A stretch of DNA of 64,000 nucleotides from Saprospiraceae bacterium (GTDB taxonomy: Bacteria > Bacteroidota > Bacteroidia > Chitinophagales > Saprospiraceae). Below the pieces are notes generated by a model. It saw only the letters and a program-made list of their open reading frames with translations. It searched no databases and was not told the origin of the DNA. Shown one piece after another: positions 28,802 to 38,824 of the stretch. The translations under genes and the position numbers were made by a program. The stretch covers positions 12,193 to 76,192 of the forward strand of contig JABDMH010000075.1 in assembly GCA_013001595.1 (NCBI GenBank). The letters are read 5' to 3'. Numbering within the stretch: position 1 is the first letter of the stretch; each line of letters opens with the position of its first letter.

Positions 28802-31800
28802 ATGAAATTTGACAGCGATCATTTTATTAAAAAGGGCCTCATTCTTACGATCTGTGTCCTCTTAATACTTTTGCATATTGATGCCAATGCACAGGCGGGT
28901 AGTTTTTTCGGATGTTTATTTGACGTAGGCTGCGAGTATGAGGAGGTTTCTAGCTCAAGGCCATCAGTCGTCCTAAATGACGCAAATAAATTGGTCAGTC
29001 TAAATTATTGTGAAGCAACTGAAGATCAGATCAAGGAGGTCTTTCAAGATTGGACTACTAATTTAATTGATCCCTCAACTAATTGCCGCAGCATTAGAAT
29101 GATCGATTTCCAAACAGAAGTCTTAGCCGGCCGCTCATTTACATTTGAGGATATACCCTTTCCTGAACCCTGTGGCGGCACCGTACACTATAGTTTTTTT
29201 ATCACCGGAGATTGTGATAGGGAGGTTCTGTCGGTACAAGAAGCTCAGTTGACCATCGAAATTCTCATACCTAGTGCTGGTTACGTTCCTGATGATGTGA
29301 GTATTTCTACCTGTAATATGACCAATGATGAGATCCTTGCAGCCTATGCCGACTGGGTAGCGGAATTCGATGATCCCCTGGTATATGAGCCTGGACATCC
29401 ACTCTACCAGAATTTCGGTAGTTGTGGACCTACAGTAAACTATGGAGGCAATGCTTCTTATCTACGACTACTACTGCCGGGTGGGGCAACAGATCTGGCA
29501 GATTTCCGGACTAAATTAGGAAATGGGCTTAAAGAAAACGATATCATGAATGGGGTAAGCATTACCGGTCAGATAATCCATGACCGCAATTTTGCTTCGT
29601 GCGGGAATATTGTAAGGTCATCTACTTTTGAAGTAATAGATGGGAGTCCACCTATTATTGCAAGTGCCAGCAGTCCAACTGATGCTCCAGCATGTTTTCC
29701 CATTGATGGACTCTTTAGAGCATTCCTGAACAGCTTTACCTATAATGTGGATGAAGTGGCGAGTTGTCCGGGCACTCAGGTCAATGAGATCTTCATCATC
29801 AATGATGATCATTCTAATCCACTTTCACGATCCGAAGTTGAATTTATCGAATATTGTGGTGGTGAAATAACCATCCAGTATTTTGTAGAAAATGCCGACA
29901 ATAGAAATATTCGGGATGATATAACGCGGACCTTCAGGATCAAAAGTCCAAGCTTTCTTGAGCCAACAACACGCACGATTTGCTCAGGGGAGCAAGTTGA
30001 TACGAAACTTGACCTCAAACCATTGTACTCGTTAGGTTCACCTATCGAAAAATACAAGATCAAAGCCATCAGCAGTCAGGGACTGATTCCGGGTGATAAC
30101 AATACTATGGCTGATGCCAACCAATTGATAGATGAAGATGCCATCGTGAATGATGTATGGGTAAACCTCTCTAATCAGTCCAAGCAACTTATCTATGAAG
30201 TCACACCGATGGTAGATTGTACCCCAACCAACGCAAACGATCCACTTTGTGAGGGAGAACCCGGGCAAGTCATTCTATTTGTTAAACCTTTGGAGTGCCC
30301 CAGCGACATAGTCATCAACGAACAGCCAGACCAATGTGGTGCTTTCTTAATGTTGCCCTCCTCATCAGGTTGCGGTGCTGTGGACTTTGAAATTATTGCG
30401 CCTCCCTTCAACTATTTTCCCCTGGGCTCGACCTCTATTGATGTCCGCATACCTGGAATAAGTGCACCAATTTGCTCTTTCAATGTCAATGTAGAGGATT
30501 TCTTTCCTCCGCAATTCACTAACTGCCCGGTCGACGTCCAAGTGCAATGTCTTGAGGATGTATCGGCTTGTGATAAAAATGATGCGGAAGCATTCGATTG
30601 TGCTGGATTTCCAACCATCACCTGTGACCAAGGAGTCCTACAGGGGGGTCCTTGCGGCGGCACCGTAACCCGTACCTATACGGCCACAGATGAAAGTGGA
30701 CAAACAAGTACTTGCATTCAACGCATTACCATTGATGATACGGACCAACCAACTATACAATGTCCTTCAGATACCACCATCTTTGTTACGCTAGAATGCC
30801 AGTCATTTATCGAACCAGAGTCGACCAGAATTGCCACCGCTACGGACAACTGTACCCGCACCACAGACATACTGATCTCTCGTACGGACCAAATTACACC
30901 TCGTTGCGGATCAACAATGGTGATCACCCGGACCTGGACTGCCACTGATGATTGTGGCAATACGAGCATCTGTGATCAGATCATTACCTTAGTGGATACG
31001 ATTTCACCGCTGATTAGTTGTCCACCATCGGTTCAACTATATGCCGATGAAACATGTGAGGCCGATACGAGTGCAATCGAGACGGGTTTTGCGAGTGCTA
31101 CAGACAACTGTCAGCAATTGGAAATCAGTCGCAGCGATGTGGTGGAGATTCCATGCGAAGGTGAGATGATCATCAACCGCACCTGGACAGCGATAGACCC
31201 ATGTGGCAATAGCCGCAGTTGTCAGCAAACCATCGTCGTGTCCGATACAACATCACCAGTGATATCCTGCCCCCCTTCAAAAGATTTGGGCTGTAATCCC
31301 CAAGTTCCATTAGCTTTAGCCAACGATGTAAGTGCCAGTGACCAATGCAGCACACCCCTACTCAGAGTAGTCCAGGGACAACCCTTACATACTGGAGGTA
31401 GCTCTTATCAACGGACCGACACCTATATGGCAACAGATGGCTGCGGCAACTCCTCGACCTGCAGTCGCACACTGACCTGGAAGGAAGACTTGACTGTGCC
31501 AGAAATCAGGGGAGTGCCGGCCAACCAGTCGATCTCATGTATGGGAATTTTACCATCGGTACCGACAAATGTAAAGGCTATGGATAACAGCGATGGTGTG
31601 CTAGAGCCTCTATTCGAAGAGGAAGTATTCGAAGTATCATGTGGAGGCAGGATGGTTCGACGTAGTTGGACTGCGGTCGATGAATGTGGAAATGAAGCTA
31701 CGGAACATCAGATCATTTCATTGGTGGACGATGTGGCTCCTGTACTGTCAGTGCCGGGTGATACTACCATTGAATTGGGCGATGCTGTTCCTGAGGCCAG

Positions 31801-33448
31801 CTACCAGGTGAATGACCAATGCTCTGACGTCAGAGTGAGCATGAAGGAGATCAGAAGAGAAGGAGATCCTGGTGAGTATCGCTTAGAGCGGTCATGGATA
31901 GCTAGAGATGCATGCGGTAATACTGCCCAAGCGCAACAGTTGATCCATGTGGAGGATCGGACCCCACCAGAAATCACCATCGTCAATCCCATGCTGACAG
32001 ATGTGCCAAATGGAGGCAGCATGGAGATATTCGATTGTGCTGCCCCAAATGTCGCCATGGCAGATGCTTTTGTGATTGATGCCAATACAGAAGTATCTCT
32101 AGTCACTTTCGATAAACTAGTGGCATCCAATGTTTGCAGTGTATTTGGGTATTATAGAAGATGGAAATGTGGATACATCGCTACAGACGGCGCAGGCAAT
32201 GAGACGGAATATTCATTTACCGTGCTTCAGTATGATACCAACGCTCCAATATTAATGGGTGTGCCAGCAGATTTAGCACTTTCTTGTGAAGACCTTGAAT
32301 CTGGAGCCTTAACAGAAGTTTCTGCCAATGACGCCTGCCAAGGAAGCATCCCCGTTGATTTTCATGAGCTCCAATTACTTAATCCCAGTGACAGTAGTCA
32401 GGCAGCATTGATTAGAACCTGGACAGCTACCGATGGGTGTGGTAACGCTGCTCAAGCCAGTCAAGCCATCACCTTTTGTGGTTTTGATTTGGAGATGGCA
32501 GCCTCTAGCCTGGGCAACAGAGTCTGGTTGGATGCAAACGAAAATGGGTTGCAGGACGAAGGAGAAGAAGGAATTGATGATGTGAAGGTGAATCTCTTTT
32601 GGATAGATCCGATGGGAGGTAAGTCTCCCAGGATGATCGATACCATCCGGACCTCCAGCATAGATAATAAACCAGGACAATTTCATTTTGATTATTTGTT
32701 TCCCGGTAATTATCAGATCGAGATTGAGCTTCCGGAAGGTTTGACGCCTACTCAGTATAAAATGGGTGAAAGTGATTCTTTGGATAGCGATATAGAACTT
32801 CCAACTGCGATGAGTGCCATTGTTGAGATTGACACATATGAGGTATACCGACACCTAGATATAGGTTTGGTGCCGGCTCAACAAAGCACTTCACCAGTAT
32901 CATTGAAGTTATTTCAGGGCTCATCGGAAAAATGTCAGAACAGACTCACTTGGGAGACAGACTCGGAAGCTAGTGTGCGGGCATTTGAATTGCAGGCTTC
33001 GTCAGATGGTACACATTTTGCCACTATAAAGAGATTCGAACCGCTGGGAGGAATAAATCAGGGAGCCTCCTATCGTGCAAATGATGCCCATCCATCACAG
33101 CGAAACAGATATAGGCTCAAGACAGTAGGTCTTAACGGAACGAAACAGTATTCGGAGATTATATTGGTAGATCTTGAATGTAATCCGGGTTCAGTGACCG
33201 ACCTTCTAATCTATCCAAACCCTACGCATCATTTAGCTACCGTACACTTTGAAAATGATCGAAGTATGGATATGCGAATCAGCGTGTTGGACCACTTAGG
33301 AAGAATAATCAGGGACGAGATCAAATTTGTCCATAAAGGTCAGTATGTACAACAAATAGACTTACATGATCAACCCGATGGGATCTACTGGGTAAAAATT
33401 AGTCTGGGGAAAGAATTATTGACTAGAAAGTTGGTGAAGACCCAATAA
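28802..33448 (+). CDS. Giant T9SS-secreted surface protein with HYR-like repeats, an SdrD-B-like domain and a T9SS C-terminal sorting domain
   Basis: 1548-aa ORF with a signal peptide. It has about 8 Cys-rich modules of the form ..ATDNC....R(T/S)WTA(T/V)D.CGN...C.Q.I.V.D...P.I.CP.. It also has GNRVWLDANENGLQDEGEEGIDDVKVNLF (SdrD B-like, ~32515-32880). The final ~80 aa, LLIYPNPTHHLATVHF...DGIYWVKISLGKELLTRKLVK, are a Por-secretion tail (~33205-33445). Confidence 0.9.
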   Translation: MKFDSDHFIKKGLILTICVLLILLHIDANAQAGSFFGCLFDVGCEYEEVSSSRPSVVLNDANKLVSLNYCEATEDQIKEVFQDWTTNLIDPSTNCRSIRMIDFQTEVLAGRSFTFEDIPFPEPCGGTVHYSFFITGDCDREVLSVQEAQLTIEILIPSAGYVPDDVSISTCNMTNDEILAAYADWVAEFDDPLVYEPGHPLYQNFGSCGPTVNYGGNASYLRLLLPGGATDLADFRTKLGNGLKENDIMNGVSITGQIIHDRNFASCGNIVRSSTFEVIDGSPPIIASASSPTDAPACFPIDGLFRAFLNSFTYNVDEVASCPGTQVNEIFIINDDHSNPLSRSEVEFIEYCGGEITIQYFVENADNRNIRDDITRTFRIKSPSFLEPTTRTICSGEQVDTKLDLKPLYSLGSPIEKYKIKAISSQGLIPGDNNTMADANQLIDEDAIVNDVWVNLSNQSKQLIYEVTPMVDCTPTNANDPLCEGEPGQVILFVKPLECPSDIVINEQPDQCGAFLMLPSSSGCGAVDFEIIAPPFNYFPLGSTSIDVRIPGISAPICSFNVNVEDFFPPQFTNCPVDVQVQCLEDVSACDKNDAEAFDCAGFPTITCDQGVLQGGPCGGTVTRTYTATDESGQTSTCIQRITIDDTDQPTIQCPSDTTIFVTLECQSFIEPESTRIATATDNCTRTTDILISRTDQITPRCGSTMVITRTWTATDDCGNTSICDQIITLVDTISPLISCPPSVQLYADETCEADTSAIETGFASATDNCQQLEISRSDVVEIPCEGEMIINRTWTAIDPCGNSRSCQQTIVVSDTTSPVISCPPSKDLGCNPQVPLALANDVSASDQCSTPLLRVVQGQPLHTGGSSYQRTDTYMATDGCGNSSTCSRTLTWKEDLTVPEIRGVPANQSISCMGILPSVPTNVKAMDNSDGVLEPLFEEEVFEVSCGGRMVRRSWTAVDECGNEATEHQIISLVDDVAPVLSVPGDTTIELGDAVPEASYQVNDQCSDVRVSMKEIRREGDPGEYRLERSWIARDACGNTAQAQQLIHVEDRTPPEITIVNPMLTDVPNGGSMEIFDCAAPNVAMADAFVIDANTEVSLVTFDKLVASNVCSVFGYYRRWKCGYIATDGAGNETEYSFTVLQYDTNAPILMGVPADLALSCEDLESGALTEVSANDACQGSIPVDFHELQLLNPSDSSQAALIRTWTATDGCGNAAQASQAITFCGFDLEMAASSLGNRVWLDANENGLQDEGEEGIDDVKVNLFWIDPMGGKSPRMIDTIRTSSIDNKPGQFHFDYLFPGNYQIEIELPEGLTPTQYKMGESDSLDSDIELPTAMSAIVEIDTYEVYRHLDIGLVPAQQSTSPVSLKLFQGSSEKCQNRLTWETDSEASVRAFELQASSDGTHFATIKRFEPLGGINQGASYRANDAHPSQRNRYRLKTVGLNGTKQYSEIILVDLECNPGSVTDLLIYPNPTHHLATVHFENDRSMDMRISVLDHLGRIIRDEIKFVHKGQYVQQIDLHDQPDGIYWVKISLGKELLTRKLVKTQ
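30500..32480 (+). repeat. Array of ~8 tandem HYR-like coding repeats (~70-80 aa each) inside the giant surface protein
   Basis: Recurrent motifs in the translation: TYTATDESGQTSTC, TWTATDDCGNTSIC, TWTAIDPCGNSRSC, YMATDGCGNSSTC, SWTAVDECGNEAT, SWIARDACGNTAQ, YIATDGAGNETE, TWTATDGCGNAAQ. Confidence 0.8.
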
Positions 33449-33656
33449 GGATCCAAACATATTTTAGTGATGAGGGCACTGATTCAGTGCACTCTTCACT
33501 ATTGGACAGACCTGAGATCTAATATTAGAAGAAAAGGAAATAAATGAATAAAATTACGATAGGCATTCAACGATATAGTAATGGACGAACCCGGACTTGA
33601 AATTTATTTTCCCTGCAAAGCAGTATTTTTAGGTAATCTCACTAAACACCTTTCTA

Positions 33657-34295
33657 TTGAAAGCAAATTTGGCCATCATTGAAGACGAACCAGTGATATT
33701 GAAGTCACTAACTACTTTCTTCGAAAACACCGAGAGCTTTGCCGTGATTTTCACGGCTCGCCGCGTCGAAGATCTACATGCCTTAAACCAAGAAGAAATA
33801 GACCTGGACATCATTTTGCTGGATATTAATCTCCTTGGAATGTCTGGCATCCAGGGTATTCCAAAAATCTTGGAAATGTTTCCGAAAGTGAATATTGTGA
33901 TGCTTACCACTTTCGATCAAAACGAATATATCTTTGAGGCACTGAAAGCAGGTGCTACTGGATATATAGTTAAGGACACGCCCATCTGGGACATCAAGAG
34001 CGCTATGGAAACCATTCAGGCCGGAGGTTCTTTTATGAGTCCTGGAATTGCCAGAAAGGTAATGGCTTCCTTTCATAAGGACAAAAACGATGTCCGATTT
34101 GAATCCTTAACCAACCGGCAAAATGAAATCTTGAATGCCTTGGTCGAGGGTCTTAGTTATAAAATGATCGCAGATAGGATGGGCATATCGACACATACCA
34201 CTTGCGATCATATCAAAGCGATCTACCGTAAATTACAGGTGAACAGTAAGGGTGAAGCCATCAATCTTGCTTTGACAAAAAAGAAGACTACTTAA
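33657..34295 (+). CDS. LuxR/NarL-family response regulator
   Basis: Receiver domain (LAIIEDEP..., ILLDINLLGMSG, MLTTF) plus a C-terminal LuxR HTH (LTNRQNEILNALVEGLSYKMIADRMGISTHTTCDHIKAIYRKLQV). Only a TTG start (33657) is available in frame. Confidence 0.85.
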   Translation: MKANLAIIEDEPVILKSLTTFFENTESFAVIFTARRVEDLHALNQEEIDLDIILLDINLLGMSGIQGIPKILEMFPKVNIVMLTTFDQNEYIFEALKAGATGYIVKDTPIWDIKSAMETIQAGGSFMSPGIARKVMASFHKDKNDVRFESLTNRQNEILNALVEGLSYKMIADRMGISTHTTCDHIKAIYRKLQVNSKGEAINLALTKKKTT

Positions 34296-34346
34296 GTGTG
34301 CAAGTCTACTTCACGAAGTGAAATTCGTTATATTCCCATGAGACCC

Positions 34347-34356
34347 AAAAAAAAAA
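34347..34356 (+). repeat. A10 homopolymer between an out-of-frame ATG (34338) and the histidine kinase reading frame
   Basis: Read directly: atgagacccaaaaaaaaaaggttgtgcgg. With 11 A the ATG would be in frame, giving MRPKKKKVVRILHLLLLVLA... Confidence 0.9.
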
Positions 34357-34360
34357 GGTT

Positions 34361-36373
34361 GTGCGGATATTGCATCTATTGCTTCTTGTACTGGCCTATT
34401 CAGGCTCTTTGACCGGCCAATCTACTTCCAAAGGAGACTCCTTACTAAATCTTTGGATAGATCACCTCGATCAGGCAACCTTACTCGATTCCATTAACCA
34501 TGTGGTTGAACAAGTAGAAGAGAAGCATTTTACAGGACTGGATACTCTATTTGTGATTAAGCACCAAATCCTGAAAAAAAACGGCTCAAGGACAGAGGAA
34601 ATTAACAACGTAGTTTCATACACCTTTTATTTGGTGAAATCATTCAAACCACAGAAGGCAAAAGACTTTATTGCACCGTATTATGAAGAGCTTAAACAGA
34701 TCGAAGGTCCATTACATCGTGCCGATGTACTTTATGCCTATGGGCACACCCATGAAGATCTCAGGGAGAATGAACGTGCCTTCGCATTGATGAATGAGGC
34801 AGTTGAGATCTATGAAGAAGTTGCAGATTCAAGTTACAAAAACTACACGTCATCATTGATAGCGATGAGTAGAGTGGGATTTACCATTTCTAATTATCCC
34901 GCAAGCAGCATTGCACTGAACAAAGCAAAGAGCCTCGCTCTACGCAACAAAGATAGCACGGCTTTAAGGGGTGTGTATCAAGATCTTACCATTTTATTTA
35001 GTCAAGTAGGCTTATATGATCAAGCCGAGGGCTATTGGAATGAGCGCAGCAAGTATTTTTCGAGTCCTGAATCAAAGGAAAGCAAGGCAATTGGACTAGT
35101 AAATTTAGGCCGTAATTTAATCCTCCAAGATCGCTGGGAAGAAGCACTCAATAATTATCATGAAGCACAATCTTTGTCACCCTTTAGTGGTGCTTGGACT
35201 TTCCTGGATCTTTACAATTACAATGGCATCATAGAGTGTCTTTACTTCTTGAACGAGTGGGATTCTATTCCGCACTACTTCGATTTAATGCAAGAAAAAT
35301 TTAGCCGTATAAATCGAAGTGTGACGTACGAGTTCTTGCTAAAACAATCACAGTTTTTTACAAGAATTGTGACCGGGCAATTTAGTGTCGCAGAAGATTT
35401 AGGTTTGGCCCTGTTGAGCGATGCCGAAAAGAGCAATGATGGGGCAGAAATTATGATGCATGCCAGATTTCTTGCAGAATTATATCAGGATTGGGGATTG
35501 CCTGCGAAGGCCCTACAGTACACTAAGAAATACGTCAGGTTGAAAGATTCGATCCAGACAGCCAATCGTACCAATGCGTTGCTGCTATATCAAACTCAAT
35601 TTGAGACTGCCGAAAAAGAAAATGTAATCTACAGACTGGAAAAAGAAGGAGAATTACTCCAAGCCAAAGTAGAACGAAACCGTCTGCTAAAGGCTTTGCT
35701 GATTGCAGGGCTGGCTCTATTAGTTTTCATAGGCATCATCATATATTATCGCATCAAGCAACAAGAGCTTGAGCGTATGCAAAAATTGCGCATGGGCATA
35801 AGTAGCGACCTGCACGATGAGGTAGGAAGTCTACTTTCAGGCATTACCATGCAAACGCAAATGCTAAACATGGTTCCTGAAGCCAAGAGAGGCGCTTTCA
35901 TTAGGGAAATTGGGGATAATACCAGCAGGGCAGTATCAACAATGCGAGACTTAGTTTGGTCTATTGACTCACGTAGGGATAAAATCGAAGACCTAATAGA
36001 CAAAATAAGTGATACCTGTCATCAATTGCTAGAGCCTGCAGGTTTTAAATATAAGATTGATCTGGGGGGCAATATTGATCATCTCAAAAAATTGAATCCG
36101 AAAGCAAAAAAAGAGATCTATCTTATTGCTAAAGAAGCACTCAACAATATAGTTAAGCATTCAAATGGTAGTAAAGTGAGCATCATTTTGACTGAGAAAA
36201 ATGGGCTGCTAAAACTTACCATTTTAGATGATGGGACTAAGTCAAAAATTGCAACTACTTCCGGTCAGGGATTGGACAACATGCAGTATCGATCGCAACA
36301 AATCAATGGACAATTGCAGGTAAGCCAGGATTTTGATGGATACCGTGTTGTACTGTCTACATCGCTAAACTAA
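34361..36373 (+). CDS. Sensor histidine kinase (TPR-like periplasmic/sensor region, one TM, HisKA_3 + HATPase_c)
   Basis: Signal/anchor MRILHLLLLVLAYSGSLTGQ, a long helical-repeat region, TM LLIAGLALLVFIGIIIYY, H-box ISSDLHDEVGSLLSG, and ATPase motifs EALNNIVKHS and GQGLDNM. GTG start at 34361 as the sequence stands. Confidence 0.85.
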   Translation: MRILHLLLLVLAYSGSLTGQSTSKGDSLLNLWIDHLDQATLLDSINHVVEQVEEKHFTGLDTLFVIKHQILKKNGSRTEEINNVVSYTFYLVKSFKPQKAKDFIAPYYEELKQIEGPLHRADVLYAYGHTHEDLRENERAFALMNEAVEIYEEVADSSYKNYTSSLIAMSRVGFTISNYPASSIALNKAKSLALRNKDSTALRGVYQDLTILFSQVGLYDQAEGYWNERSKYFSSPESKESKAIGLVNLGRNLILQDRWEEALNNYHEAQSLSPFSGAWTFLDLYNYNGIIECLYFLNEWDSIPHYFDLMQEKFSRINRSVTYEFLLKQSQFFTRIVTGQFSVAEDLGLALLSDAEKSNDGAEIMMHARFLAELYQDWGLPAKALQYTKKYVRLKDSIQTANRTNALLLYQTQFETAEKENVIYRLEKEGELLQAKVERNRLLKALLIAGLALLVFIGIIIYYRIKQQELERMQKLRMGISSDLHDEVGSLLSGITMQTQMLNMVPEAKRGAFIREIGDNTSRAVSTMRDLVWSIDSRRDKIEDLIDKISDTCHQLLEPAGFKYKIDLGGNIDHLKKLNPKAKKEIYLIAKEALNNIVKHSNGSKVSIILTEKNGLLKLTILDDGTKSKIATTSGQGLDNMQYRSQQINGQLQVSQDFDGYRVVLSTSLN

Positions 36374-36889
36374 TTCACATAGTTTAGGCCGGTTCTTTTC
36401 CCATGTTTCTTAAAGATAATTCAATAAATCCTCTAGAGTCACCGAATTCTAGGAGAGCATTGCAATCAACTAGGTAGCGCCCAACATGTCAAAGAACCAT
36501 TCACCTTTGAAGGTACTACTCAATCTGAACGAAGTATCCCAATCTCTATTTGTGTTAAGAAGATGCAATTTTCAACAAATCCCGATCTAGGTTAGAATAA
36601 TAAAGCCCAGTAAGTTAGAGCTGATTTGCCTTTGATAATTATTTCTATAATTAGAATAACTGAGACATCTGCTAATTGTCTTATCCTGATGAACTGTCAA
36701 AATAGAATAAATCAATAATTTGACTGTCATTGAGGTAAGGAGGTTTAAATGAAAATAGGTATTTAGATGAGTACCATTGAAGTGAATTTATATTTAGTGC
36801 CAGATGCACTTTGTTAGATTTCTCCTACCTTGCTCCCATTAAAAACACCATGGTTTCTTCAACTTAAACTATTTATCAACTGAACCACT

Positions 36890-38488
36890 ATGCTTACGAA
36901 TTTGCAATCAACGCTCTCATGGAGCTTGTGCCTGCTGTTATTGCTGAGCTGCCAAAATACTGAAGAATATACCATTGAGTTCCTGCCCAAAGGCATTGGT
37001 ATTGAGGAAGATCGCTTTGTAGATGACCAGGGTCGACACATTATCCTGAACGGAATCAATGTAGTCAGCAAATCCAAAGCCGATGGATACATATTTGATG
37101 GAGGTACCAACTTCTACAAAAAGCTGCGCAACTTGGGAATCAATTGTATTCGTTTTATTATCATTTGGGATCGGTTGGAACCTTCTCCCGGTCAATATAA
37201 CAAAGCGTACTTGCAAGAAATAGATGCGTGCATTGAGCAAGCAGGTAATGCTGGGATCTTTGTGGTACTTGACATGCATCAAGATCTTTTTAGTGTGAAA
37301 TACAGCGATGGTGCTCCCGAATGGGCGACACTTGATGAGGGAAAACAGCACACCACGGGAGCGATCTGGAGCGATGCATATATGCTCAGCGAGGCGGTAC
37401 AAACATCATTTGACAACTTCTGGGAGAATCGGCCGGCGCCAGATGGGATCGGATTGCAAGACCACTATGCGGCACTTTGGCAACACATTGCCAAACGATA
37501 CAAAGACAACCCTACCGTCATTGGGTATGATCTGATGAATGAACCCTTTCCTGGATCATCTGCACTGCAATCCACCTTGACACTGCTGCAAGCATATGGA
37601 CAGCTACATGCAGATCTTACCGGAGTTCAGCTGACTGAGGAAAAATTGGGTGAGCTGTGGGCGAATGAAGAAAAAAGGATGGGGGTCTTGGAAGTACTGT
37701 CTACAAAAGACAATTATGATCGTGTTTTCAGCACACTCTATCCGCTGAATAGCCTCTTTGAGACGGAACATCTTCAGCCGATGTATCAGAAGGTATCTCA
37801 TGCCATTCGTGCAGTGGACCAACAAAGCATCCTCTTTTTGGAACATAGCTATTTTAGCAATACCGGTGTGGAGAGCAGCATTAGGCGGGTAACTTTGCCG
37901 AATGGAAATGAAGACCCTCTGGTAGCCTATGCTCCGCATGGTTATGACTTGGTCACGGACACCAAAGCTGTGGCGGCAGCCTCGGACGAGCGTGTGGCGT
38001 ATATCTATAATCAAATAAAAGAGACGGGATCAAGGTTGAACATGCCTATTTGGCTGGGTGAGTGGGGTGCATTTTATGGCAACTCAGAAAGTGTAGTGCC
38101 CGCTGCCAAAAATGCCATCAGCCTCATTGAAGAACATCTATTTGGCCAGGCCTACTGGTCCTATGGCAAGGGTACTGAAGATTTGGTTTATTACAAGAAC
38201 ATCATTACACGTACCTATCCTTCGGCAACAAATGGTGAATTATTGGTCTATCGCAATGATATGGAAAATCGGACATTTTCTATGAGTTGGCAGGAGCAAG
38301 GCGATGATCTTCAGCACACGATCGTCTACTGTCCAAGGATATCGGCTATAGATGCACTTACATTGACGGGCAACCAATCTTATCACATCGAAGAACTACC
38401 AGAAGGGGATGCGGGATACGTCATCATTGCTCCTGAAGAAGGCTCGGTATCCCGTGAACTCAACATTGCATTCAAAACATCAAAGTAG
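36890..38488 (+). CDS. Glycoside hydrolase family 5 (endoglycoceramidase-like), lipoprotein-like leader
   Basis: Leader ...CLLLLLSCQNT, then RHIILNGINVVSK, GINCIRFIIIWDRLEP, VVLDMHQD, the acid/base motif YDLMNEPFPG and the nucleophile region PIWLGEWG. Confidence 0.8.
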   Translation: MLTNLQSTLSWSLCLLLLLSCQNTEEYTIEFLPKGIGIEEDRFVDDQGRHIILNGINVVSKSKADGYIFDGGTNFYKKLRNLGINCIRFIIIWDRLEPSPGQYNKAYLQEIDACIEQAGNAGIFVVLDMHQDLFSVKYSDGAPEWATLDEGKQHTTGAIWSDAYMLSEAVQTSFDNFWENRPAPDGIGLQDHYAALWQHIAKRYKDNPTVIGYDLMNEPFPGSSALQSTLTLLQAYGQLHADLTGVQLTEEKLGELWANEEKRMGVLEVLSTKDNYDRVFSTLYPLNSLFETEHLQPMYQKVSHAIRAVDQQSILFLEHSYFSNTGVESSIRRVTLPNGNEDPLVAYAPHGYDLVTDTKAVAAASDERVAYIYNQIKETGSRLNMPIWLGEWGAFYGNSESVVPAAKNAISLIEEHLFGQAYWSYGKGTEDLVYYKNIITRTYPSATNGELLVYRNDMENRTFSMSWQEQGDDLQHTIVYCPRISAIDALTLTGNQSYHIEELPEGDAGYVIIAPEEGSVSRELNIAFKTSK

Positions 38489-38824
38489 TAGGAAATCTCG
38501 TACTGCATTAGTGCGCACCATTACTAAACCGTGAGCGTAACCTCCGTATCTGCTTTTGCTATGCAAAAATGATCAAAACCATTAATCACCATCTTGCGTC
38601 CAAAGTTGCAAAGTTGTTAGCTATCAACAAATGCGGCAAATGATAGTGGTTTAGTCCACCCTCCAGTGAAAGATCATCGTTAATTCTGGCTTCTTTTTCC
38701 GAGATGCTTTGTTGCATGCCGAAACTATCGGCACGCCATAGCTCAGGCTATGCCTAAGTTCTGTCGCCTCACCTCTCGAAAAAATAATCTCAGAATTATT
38801 CAACAAATTCCAGTAGACAGTGAT

